Source of the DNA: Candidatus Versatilivorator sp.
Lineage (GTDB): Bacteria; Acidobacteriota; Terriglobia; Versatilivoradales; Versatilivoraceae
Assembly: GCA_965207735.1 (NCBI GenBank)
Contig: OZ242296.1
Span: 3,392,001-3,456,000 of the forward strand
Direction of reading: 5' to 3'
Length of the DNA: 64,000 bases
Shown: positions 10,560 to 18,499 of the stretch, in pieces
Position numbering within the stretch: position 1 is the first letter of the stretch
Layout of the letters: every line of letters starts with the position of its first letter
Translations under genes and position numbers: made by a program
Notes under the pieces: model-generated
The model's input: the letters and a program-made list of their open reading frames with translations, nothing else
Databases searched by the model: none
Told to the model about the DNA's origin: nothing

Positions 10560-10891
10560 CTGCCGTGGGCAAACACGGTGGTGAAACCCAGACGTATCCC
10601 CTCGTAGAGCATCACTTCCATGTTGTAGAATTGACGATATCTCCCGTCTGCCTCTTCAGTCCGGAGAAGGGGGCGGGGCGGCGTCCAGTTGACGAAATCG
10701 CGGCTCTCCGCCTGAGCCGGAGTCTTATGCCTGGACTTGCCTGAGCGAGTCCGCTGCCGCAGGATGGCCACGTACCGGCTCAGCCCCGGATCCCAATAAG
10801 CCGCCATGTGACTGTCGGCAAAGTGTCCGTCCGGGAATTGGCTGATCACGGGCGCCCCAACCTTGCGGGGAGACAGCCATAGTCTATCCGG
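10560..10891 (-). pseudogene. Fragment of a five-bladed beta-propeller glycosidase-like gene
   Basis: Reads ...PVISQ...DSHMAAYWDPGLSRYVAILR...AESRDFVNWTPP...QFYNMEVMLYEGIRLGFTTVF, an internal propeller segment with no N-terminus; similarity is lost near 10560 and the ORF runs into the convergent SSS gene. Confidence 0.5.
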
Positions 10892-11237
10892 TCATTCCCA
10901 GCCCAGGCGTCGTTCATTAACGAGGATGGTAGCAACCTCTCGGCCCAGAAACCTAAGGCCTGGATTGATTTGAACGGAGGCAGGGGACTCTCTTGAATAA
11001 CGAGAAGCATCGGATTCGGCAACTCTGGAAACCCGTGGCGATGGCTGGCTACGTAAACCCCGACTATCGGGCGACTTCCGCTCGCCCGGATTTCTCAAAG
11101 GGTCCTCGAGATTGAATCGAAAGGGCAAGCCGTCCGAAGAACTTTGCAGCCCAGCCAAGGCTCGAATATGATCTCCGTGCCGGAAGGACCCAAAGGGCAG
11201 TCCTGGCCACGGCAAAGCACCGGTGGGTGAATACAAC

Positions 11238-11528
11238 ATGAACAGAGATGAAGTCCTGAAGGTGCTCCGAGCGCACAAGGCGACCCTTTCGCAACGATTT
11301 GGGGTCACCGATCTCGTCCTCTTCGGATCCGTGGCTCGCGACCAGGCATCGGAAGGCAGCGACATCGACATCCTGGTTCGTTTCGACGGACCGACAACCT
11401 CCAAAGGCTACTTCGGCGCCCAATTCTACCTGGAAGACCTGCTGGGATGTCCCGTCGATCTGGTAACTGACAAGGCGCTGCGGGCGGAACTTCGCCCTTA
11501 TGTCGAGCGGGAGGCCGTCCATGTCTAG
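11238..11528 (+). CDS. MNT (minimal nucleotidyltransferase) antitoxin, MntA-like
   Basis: LFGSVARDQASEGSDIDILV (GS-X10-DXD) and LEDLLGCPVDLV; overlaps the downstream HEPN gene. Confidence 0.92.
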   Translation: MNRDEVLKVLRAHKATLSQRFGVTDLVLFGSVARDQASEGSDIDILVRFDGPTTSKGYFGAQFYLEDLLGCPVDLVTDKALRAELRPYVEREAVHV

Positions 11529-11883
11529 CGCCGGTGAAGGATCACGGGAGTGGCGTTTCTATGTGGCCGACATGATCGAATTCGCTGAGAAGGTCCGCAC
11601 TTATACCTCCGGAATGGATCAAGCCACTTTCATCGACGACGCGGTCACCTATGATGCTACCCTGCGCAACCTGGAATTGATCGGCGAGGCAGCTACCCAC
11701 ATTCCCATGGCTATCCGCGACGAGCATCCAGACGTCCCTTGGCGGGCGATCATTGCAGCGCGAAACCGCTTGGCGCACAGTTATCTGAGCGTGGATGATG
11801 ACCTCATCTGGAACATCATCCAGGACGACGTTCCGAAATTGCTGCCGGCGTTGCGCGGCCTGTTGGATACAAGCAAGCCCTGA
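11521..11883 (+). CDS. HEPN/DUF86 ribonuclease toxin, HepT-like
   Basis: DATLRNLELIGEAA and RNRLAHSY (R-X4-H-X-Y) motifs; ATG overlaps the MNT 3' end. Confidence 0.92.
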   Translation: MSSAGEGSREWRFYVADMIEFAEKVRTYTSGMDQATFIDDAVTYDATLRNLELIGEAATHIPMAIRDEHPDVPWRAIIAARNRLAHSYLSVDDDLIWNIIQDDVPKLLPALRGLLDTSKP

Positions 11884-11982
11884 CCAACGCCGGGCCGACG
11901 GACAGGAATGGCCAGGAGCCGCCACCCCGAAGTGACGGTAACGGCTCGGGAGACCTAAATGAATACTGTAAAAGGAGGCGAC

Positions 11983-12267
11983 ATGATTCGACCCACTGAA
12001 GTCGAACCGCGAGAGGGGTACCGGATATGGCTCCAGTACTCGGACGGCGCTGCCGGGGAAATTGCCCTGTCTTGTCTCGCAGGGCGTGGCGTGTTCAAAG
12101 CCTGGAACAACCGTGCTTATTTCGAGACGGTGCATATCGCTCCGGCTGGAGGGATCGCCTGGGGAGAAGAGGTCGAACTTTGCCCGGATGCGCTCTACCT
12201 GCAGCTCACCGGCAAGTCTATCGCTGAAGTGATGCCGGGTGCACAGCTTCTGGTTGAAAATGCCTGA
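11983..12267 (+). CDS. DUF2442 domain protein (antitoxin-like)
   Basis: YRIWLQYSDG...G.I.W....LCPDALY pattern; AGGAGG RBS. Confidence 0.8.
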   Translation: MIRPTEVEPREGYRIWLQYSDGAAGEIALSCLAGRGVFKAWNNRAYFETVHIAPAGGIAWGEEVELCPDALYLQLTGKSIAEVMPGAQLLVENA

Positions 12268-12283
12268 ACTCTGCCGGTTCTAT
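12260..12283 (+). pseudogene. N-terminal stub of a DUF4160 gene (MPELCRFY)
   Basis: ATG overlaps the DUF2442 3' end. MPELCRFY matches the MP.I/L.RFYG start typical of DUF4160; the sequence then switches abruptly to MNT-derived DNA. Confidence 0.6.
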
Positions 12284-12544
12284 CGAAAGACAGCGACATC
12301 GACATCCTGGTTCGTTTCGACGGACCGGCGGACTGGAAACGATACTTCGGGGCCCAGTTCTACCTGGAGGACCTGCTGGGACGCTCCGTCGATCTGGTGA
12401 CTCAGAAGGCGTTGCGGGCGGAACTGCGTCCGTACGTTGAGCGGGAGGCCGTCGATGTCTAGCACCGGCGAGGGGTCACGGGATTGGCGCTTCTATGTGA
12501 CCGATATGATCGAATTCGCTGACAAGGTTCGAGCCTATACGTCG
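12282..12544 (+). pseudogene. Decayed second MNT-HEPN copy (3' part of MNT, 5' part of HEPN)
   Basis: DSDIDILVRFDGP...YFGAQFYLEDLLGRSVDLVTQKALRAELRPYVEREAVDV* followed by MSSTGEGSRDWRFYVTDMIEFADKVRAYTS; collinear with ~11348-11610. Confidence 0.85.
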
Positions 12545-12557
12545 AAAACGGAGCGGG

Positions 12558-12704
12558 GGACGTTGTTGAATTACGAGAATAACTGGGTGTCGCCATTCAT
12601 TCCGAAGGCAATCAGAGGCATTCAGGGATAGCGGATAGGGACGACCCACGCGCCGCCCTTGCTCGGAAGCCCGTCAAAGTTATTCCAGTAATTCAACAAC
12701 GTCC
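12558..12704. mobile_element. 147-bp MITE-like element with 27-bp terminal inverted repeats
   Basis: GGACGTTGTTGAATTACgaGAATAACT (12558-12584) versus the reverse complement of 12678-12704, GGACGTTGTTGAATTACtgGAATAACT (25/27 match). Contains an internal REP-like GGGACGACCCACGCGCCGCCC. No clear TSD. Confidence 0.7.
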
Positions 12705-12815
12705 ACAACTGTTTCCCTAATTCCATATTCGGCGATCCGAGTACGGGAACCGAAACTCGAGCGCCTGATACCGGCGTAATGGCAATCGGTTTCCCGAAAC
12801 ACAAGGTTCTGCCAC

Positions 12816-13889
12816 ATGACCACGTCTCAAGACAAACCAGCTCAGCGTCACTTCGTGCACAAGGAAATCGACTGGAAGCGCGTTGAGCGTTGTCTTGAGC
12901 GCTACCCGTCGATTGGACGTGTATTTCCACTGAATACACTGAAGCAGCACTGTGAGAGTCCGCCTTACTATTGCCACTACATGTCTTGGCGTCTTGGCGC
13001 CTGGCCGGATGAGTCTCTATTGCAGCGTATAGAAGAATTGCTTTGTTGCGCCGAGGCACTTCCTCATTGGGAGAACGAACGATCATTACTCCGTTCAGCA
13101 GAATTTGGCGATTTTTGGTCGCTAGTCTGGCAGCTACAAGTCGCCGAACATCTCTGTGAGGTTGGAACTGATGTGAGTTGGGCCAAGTCCGGTCCAGACT
13201 TGTCGGTAAAGATAAGTGGCGAACGCTGGTTCGTAGAATGTTACACCTACCACAAGTCGTTCGACTTGCTGTTGTTCCTTAATGAGCTTCTAGGAAAACT
13301 CGATCAGGCTGTTTGTACCAGCTACGACGTATGCTCGCCATTTCGACTGCCCCAAAATTCAGATCGGACAGCTTTTCTTCACCAAGTTCTGTCCCCTTTC
13401 CTTGATCCTGCCTTTGTCGAAAATGCCAAAGAGAAAGCAAAGCGGAAGTATCCGGAGGTTCTCCACAAGCATCCGAGCAGTTCGCTTTACGTGTATGTCG
13501 ACGGTGATGACGTAGATACTTACGAACCAGGTATTGTTCCTAACAATGTCGGCAATCCCGCACGCTATCTTCAGGTGGCATTAGGAGAGGCAGTAAGCGC
13601 AAAGCGCTGCTCGAATGACCTGAAGAACCATCATCCAAATATTGTTGCGGTTAACTATTTGCTCAGCACAGACTACCAAGTGGCAAAGAGTTTACCGGAG
13701 AGAGTGCACTCTCTGACCCTTCCCGAAATTGAACCCAATATCGATGTGCTGGCGGCTTCCGCGATTGGAATCGATGAGCGAATGGCCAGAGAAAAGCTTG
13801 AAGTAATAAGAGCGATCAGATCTCAGGTGAATTGCAATCACTTGAGCCAAATCGCAGATCTATCAAGCTCGGGAACTCAGTCCTGGTAG
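12816..13889 (+). CDS. Low-GC hypothetical protein, possible restriction-endonuclease-fold nuclease
   Basis: 357-aa ORF, visibly more AT-rich than its flanks; GPDLSVKISGERWFVECYT resembles a PD-(D/E)XK core. Confidence 0.6.
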   Translation: MTTSQDKPAQRHFVHKEIDWKRVERCLERYPSIGRVFPLNTLKQHCESPPYYCHYMSWRLGAWPDESLLQRIEELLCCAEALPHWENERSLLRSAEFGDFWSLVWQLQVAEHLCEVGTDVSWAKSGPDLSVKISGERWFVECYTYHKSFDLLLFLNELLGKLDQAVCTSYDVCSPFRLPQNSDRTAFLHQVLSPFLDPAFVENAKEKAKRKYPEVLHKHPSSSLYVYVDGDDVDTYEPGIVPNNVGNPARYLQVALGEAVSAKRCSNDLKNHHPNIVAVNYLLSTDYQVAKSLPERVHSLTLPEIEPNIDVLAASAIGIDERMAREKLEVIRAIRSQVNCNHLSQIADLSSSGTQSW

Positions 13890-13916
13890 AGAAGATATTC
13901 CCAAGGAGGCAGACTC

Positions 13917-14900
13917 GTGCGCAAGATCTATTTCGATGAAGACGTCGACCTGGCCCCACTGAAAGACCGCCTCATCGGCGTGATCGGATACGGCAACCAG
14001 GGAAGCGCCCAGGCCCGCAACCTGCGGGACAGCGGGCTGGAAGTGATCGTGGGCAACCGCCGGGACGCCTACTACCAGGAAGCCCAGCGAGACGGGTTTC
14101 CGGTTTTTTCGATCGCTCAGGCGACCTCCAGGGCCGACCTGGTCCTGGTGGGCATTCCGGACGAAATCCAGCAGCAGGTCTACGAGCGGCACATGCAAAA
14201 GCACATCCGCGGCGGGCAAGTGCTGGATTTCGCCAGCAGTTACGGCTACCGCTTCAAGTGCATCCAGCCTCCCCCCGACGTCGACGTGGTGATGATGTCC
14301 CCCCGTGCAATGGGTGTCACCGTGCGTGAGCTGTTCGTGGAAGGAAAGGGCGTCCCGGCCTTCGTGGCCGTGGGCCACGACGCCTCCGGCCAGGCCCGCC
14401 AAATCGCGCTGGCGCTGGCCAAGGGGGTGGGGTGCACCCGCGCCGGGGTTCTGGAGTGCACCTTCCAGGACGAGGCCGACGTGAACCTCTTCGGCGAGCA
14501 GGCTCTGTGGCCGCTCTTCAATCAGGCCCTGCTGCTCTCCTACGAGGTGCTGGTGGAGGCGGGAGTGCCCCCCGAGCTGGTTGCCCTGGAGTTTTACGCC
14601 TCCGGAGAGGCCGGCGAGATTTTCCACAAGATGGCGGTCGAGGGAATGTTCGAGCAGACCCGCTATCACTCCCCTACCTCCCAATACGGAACGCTGACCC
14701 GGCACGAACAGCTCCCCGCCGAAGAAGTCAAGCAGCGCATGAAGGACATCCTGAGGGACATCCGCAACGGGCGTTTCGCCGAAGAGTGGGCCCGCGAGCA
14801 GGCCGATGGCTACCCCAATCTCAAGAGGCTGCGGCGGCAAGCGTTCCGTCATCCCCTGAATCGGATCGAGAAGAACATCCGGCCCTTGACGCCGCGCTGA
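13917..14900 (+). CDS. Ketol-acid reductoisomerase-like (IlvC-family) oxidoreductase, divergent
   Basis: IGYGNQGSAQARNLRDSG, LFGEQ, S.TSQYG and IRNGRFAEEW; several canonical motifs are altered. Confidence 0.8.
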   Translation: MRKIYFDEDVDLAPLKDRLIGVIGYGNQGSAQARNLRDSGLEVIVGNRRDAYYQEAQRDGFPVFSIAQATSRADLVLVGIPDEIQQQVYERHMQKHIRGGQVLDFASSYGYRFKCIQPPPDVDVVMMSPRAMGVTVRELFVEGKGVPAFVAVGHDASGQARQIALALAKGVGCTRAGVLECTFQDEADVNLFGEQALWPLFNQALLLSYEVLVEAGVPPELVALEFYASGEAGEIFHKMAVEGMFEQTRYHSPTSQYGTLTRHEQLPAEEVKQRMKDILRDIRNGRFAEEWAREQADGYPNLKRLRRQAFRHPLNRIEKNIRPLTPR

Positions 14901-14987
14901 CGCCCGCAGTTCTTGCTGGGGGCTGCACTCTCCTGAAGAGGGGAAGGTTGTGCGTGGTTCGGGCTCCGACGGCCGCACGAGGTCTCA

Positions 14988-16001
14988 TTGACCCATCCCC
15001 ATCCTCCCCGACGTTCCTTAATGTCAGGATCCGGCGGCAAAAGGTTGCGCGCCTTGCTGATGCTGCTGGGCCTGGGCCTGGCGGCCTACCTGGTCTATCG
15101 GCTCGGCCCCGGCCGCATTCTCTCCCTGCTGCTCCGGATCGGCTGGCACCTGGCGCCCCTGGCGGGCATTCACGCTCTTTACCAGGCCGTGCGCGCCGCC
15201 GCGCTCTCCCGCTGCCTGCTCGGCATCCAGGTTTCTTATCTGGACGTCCTGTGGATTCGAATCTCCGGCGAAGCCGTGCGGGTCCTGACCTCCACCGGGC
15301 CTTTGCTGGCGGAACCCGCCAAGGCCTGGCTGCTCAAGCGGCGGGGCTTGGCTCTCCACCAGGCCTTCGCCTCCACCCTGTCCGAGATCCTCTTCTACAA
15401 CCTCAGCGCGGTGGCCATTGCCGCGGGAGGTCTTGCCGTCCTGGCTCTCCAGTTCCCCCTGGAACCCTCGCTGCGGGCGTCGGTCTGGGGCGGCGTGCTC
15501 CTCCTGGGCGGCATCTTGCTGGTGGCCGTGGTTGCCTTTGCCCGCCGGTCCTATCTCTTTCATTCCATTCTCAAACGGCTCAGCCGGCGACCCTGGTTCT
15601 CCGGCCGGGTGACGCCCCATCTGGAACGGGTGAGACAGATGGAAGAGGTCCTCTTCAGGGTGGTCTACGACCGGCCGGCCCGGTTCCTGATGGTTGTCGC
15701 GCTGGAGGCAGCGGCCCACCTGCTGCTGATACTGGAGGTGTACTGGGTGCTGGCGGTGCTGGGGGATCCGCCGCCGCTGCTCCATCCCCTGTTGATTGAA
15801 ACCGCCAGCAAGTTCATCAGCCTCCTCTTTCTGTTTGTTCCCCTGCAGTTGGGGGTGGCGGAGGGAGCCTACGCCTTTGTGCTTGTCCTGCTGGGTCTTC
15901 CGGCCGCCGTCGGCGTAACCCTCTCACTGGTCCGCCGCCTGCGCAGTCTGCTGGTGACCGGAGTCGGCCTGCTCTGCTGGTGGGCCCTGAGCCGCCGGTA
16001 G
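14988..16001 (+). CDS. Lysylphosphatidylglycerol synthase TM-domain (UPF0104, flippase-like) membrane protein
   Basis: Hydrophobic; EPAKAWLL, VPLQLGVAEG and LVRRLR motifs. Confidence 0.75.
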   Translation: MTHPHPPRRSLMSGSGGKRLRALLMLLGLGLAAYLVYRLGPGRILSLLLRIGWHLAPLAGIHALYQAVRAAALSRCLLGIQVSYLDVLWIRISGEAVRVLTSTGPLLAEPAKAWLLKRRGLALHQAFASTLSEILFYNLSAVAIAAGGLAVLALQFPLEPSLRASVWGGVLLLGGILLVAVVAFARRSYLFHSILKRLSRRPWFSGRVTPHLERVRQMEEVLFRVVYDRPARFLMVVALEAAAHLLLILEVYWVLAVLGDPPPLLHPLLIETASKFISLLFLFVPLQLGVAEGAYAFVLVLLGLPAAVGVTLSLVRRLRSLLVTGVGLLCWWALSRR

Positions 16002-16162
16002 TGTGCTTTGCAAACAAACTGGACAAGAATTGCCAAGCAGCAGAGCGCATTCAGCCGGGGATGACGTAGAATCTGGGCGCGACGGGGCGCCCGGCCGGAG
16101 GATTGCCCCGGTCCACCCGCATTCCGGCGTTCGCACCTGCCCAAAGAGGAGAACCGTCATCC

Positions 16163-17119
16163 ATGGATTTCGATAAGGCCCGGCAACGTTTGTGCGGCTG
16201 TTACGTCACCGTCCCCACGCTGTTCCACGACGACGCCGAGCTGTCGTTGAATCTGGCAGGAATCCGGCAGCACGTGGACTTCCTCCTCGACGGTGGTCTC
16301 AAGAGCGGCAACGCCGTCTTCCTGGCCGGGGGCGCCGCTGGCGATTTTTCGACCCTGACCTTTGAGGAGCGGGTGGCCGTGGCCAAGACCGTGGTCGAGG
16401 CGGTGGAAGGACGAGCCCCGGTGGCCATGGGTGCCCAGACCACCAGCACCGCCGAACTGCGCCGCCTCGCCAGGGCCGCCCGAGACCTCGGCGCAGACTA
16501 CATCCAGGTCTCCTGCCCCTTTTACTTTCAACATTCCGAAGAGGACTTCTACGAATACGTGGTAGCGGCCACCGAAGCCAGCGACGTTGGAATCATCGTC
16601 TACAACACCTTCTGGACCAGCACCGGCGTCTCTCTGGACCTGGTCGGCAGGCTGGCCGAAATACCCAACGTGGTGGGACTCAAGTGGGCCACTCCCCACC
16701 CCAGCTGGATGACCTTCGAGCAGGTGGTGCAAGTCTACGGCCGGCGGTTTTCGGTGATCGACAACCAGATGCACTTCGTGGCCAGCCACATACTGGGGGC
16801 CCGGGGCTTCGAGGTCCACGTCTGCAACTACTGGCCGGAGTGGGGCGCCCAATTGATCGATCAACTGAATCGGAAGGACTACCCTCAGGTTCAAGCCATG
16901 TTGACCCAGGCGGCCCAACCCTTCGTGAAGCTGTGGTCGCAGATCGAGCAGGAGTACACCTCGGGCGACGGCTATCTGGACAAGCTGTGCATGGAGCTGG
17001 TGGGCCTGCCTTCCAGCCGCTGCCGACCTCCCACTCGGGACGTCCGAGCGCGCTACCGGGAGGAGGCGCGTCGCATGCTCCTTCAGGTCGGAGTGCCCAG
17101 GGTCCGGACGACAGCCTGA
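16163..17119 (+). CDS. Dihydrodipicolinate synthase/N-acetylneuraminate lyase family aldolase
   Basis: GAAGDFSTLTFEER, IIVYN and Schiff-base GLKW; GAGGAG RBS before ATG 16163. Confidence 0.85.
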   Translation: MDFDKARQRLCGCYVTVPTLFHDDAELSLNLAGIRQHVDFLLDGGLKSGNAVFLAGGAAGDFSTLTFEERVAVAKTVVEAVEGRAPVAMGAQTTSTAELRRLARAARDLGADYIQVSCPFYFQHSEEDFYEYVVAATEASDVGIIVYNTFWTSTGVSLDLVGRLAEIPNVVGLKWATPHPSWMTFEQVVQVYGRRFSVIDNQMHFVASHILGARGFEVHVCNYWPEWGAQLIDQLNRKDYPQVQAMLTQAAQPFVKLWSQIEQEYTSGDGYLDKLCMELVGLPSSRCRPPTRDVRARYREEARRMLLQVGVPRVRTTA

Positions 17120-17257
17120 AGGCCGCCGGGCATAGTTCCGAGAAGAGAGACCGTCCTGCAGCTTCGTTTGCGGAAGCCATTCAGGAACAGAACCTGCTAG
17201 GATTGGGCCGGACCGCCGGTCCGAGCCAAAGATCCGCACGCACAAGGAGATGAAACC

Positions 17258-18424
17258 ATGGGGGAAGCCTGGACTCGCAGCCAAGACGAGGTGCTGGCCA
17301 CGCTGCAGGACGTGGTGGCCATTGATAGCGTGAATCCCGGATTGCCCGGCGGTCAGCGGGGAGAATCGGGGATGGTGGAATACCTCTCCGAATTTTTCCG
17401 CAAGGCCGGAATGGGCTGCGAAACCCAAGAGGTCCTACCGGGGCGAAGCAACTTTATCGGCACCCTGGAAGGACGAGACCCGGAACGGGTGCTGCTGTTC
17501 GAATGTCATATGGATACCGCCTCGGTGGGAGTGATGACCATTCCCCCCTTCGAGCCCCATATCCGGGACGGCTTCCTCTATGGACGCGGGTCCTGCGACA
17601 CCAAGGCCGGCGGCGTGGCCATGATCCACGCCATGAAACGCCTCAAGGAATCGGGCCGGGTTCCCCCCTGCACCATTCAGTTTGCGGGGGCGGTGGACGA
17701 GGAGTATCTCTTCCGCGGCGCCTTGAGCCTGGCGGCCACGGTGAAATCGGAGGCGGTCGTGGTGGCGGAGCCCACCGATCTGGCGGTGATTCGTGCCCAC
17801 AAGGGATTGGCCCGGTTTCGAATCCGGGTGGAGGGAGTGGCGGCTCACAGCTCCAAGCCCCATCTGGGCATCAACGCCATCGTCAAGATGGCCCGGCTGA
17901 TCAGCGACATCGAGAACGAGATCGCGCCCGGACTGCGGCGGAAAGAACACCCCCTGACCGGCAGCCCCACGCTCAATATCGGGGTGATCCACGGGGGCGC
18001 CCAAGTGAATTTCGTGCCTCACGAGTGCGTGGTGGAAGTGGACCGGCGCACCATTCCCGGGGAATCCCCCCAGGACACGCTGGCGGAATTCGAAAACTTG
18101 CTGGAGCGGGCCCGGGCCGCCGACCCCGAATTGAAGGTGAGCCTGCAGGAACCCTTCCTGCTGGACAACGCCATGGAAACTCTGGAGGATTCTCCCGTCG
18201 TGCAAGTCGCCTGCGAAGCCAGCCGGGCGGCCCTGGGGAATTCCACCGTCTCCGGTGTCCCCTACGGCACCGACGCCAGCAAGTTCACCTCGGTGGGAAC
18301 CCCGGCAATCGTGCTCGGGCCCGGCAGCATCGACCAGGCTCACGGGGCCGTGGAGTGGGTTGAGTGCAAGCAAGTCCTGCAGGCCACCGAGATCTATCGG
18401 TCCATGATGATGAACTTCACCTAG
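17258..18424 (+). CDS. M20 family (ArgE/DapE-like) deacylase
   Basis: HMDT, GRGSCDTK, DEE, EPT, HKG, AHSS and GPGSIDQAH motifs. Confidence 0.9.
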   Translation: MGEAWTRSQDEVLATLQDVVAIDSVNPGLPGGQRGESGMVEYLSEFFRKAGMGCETQEVLPGRSNFIGTLEGRDPERVLLFECHMDTASVGVMTIPPFEPHIRDGFLYGRGSCDTKAGGVAMIHAMKRLKESGRVPPCTIQFAGAVDEEYLFRGALSLAATVKSEAVVVAEPTDLAVIRAHKGLARFRIRVEGVAAHSSKPHLGINAIVKMARLISDIENEIAPGLRRKEHPLTGSPTLNIGVIHGGAQVNFVPHECVVEVDRRTIPGESPQDTLAEFENLLERARAADPELKVSLQEPFLLDNAMETLEDSPVVQVACEASRAALGNSTVSGVPYGTDASKFTSVGTPAIVLGPGSIDQAHGAVEWVECKQVLQATEIYRSMMMNFT

Positions 18425-18499
18425 AATTTCCGATTCGGCGGCAGGTTTAGCCCCGGGGAGGCCGTCGGCCTCCGGCTGTACCCGCGGTCGCCTCTTCCC

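Noticed and set aside
8865-10889. 12-bp direct repeat CATAGTCTATCC at 8865 and 10878 flanking the SSS gene
   Set aside because: A repeat this short can arise by chance and is explained by minus-strand -10-like boxes (TAGACT); no other insertion evidence
16020-16034. Sigma-54-like TGGACAAGAATTGC
   Set aside because: GG-to-GC spacing is 9 nt rather than the required 10
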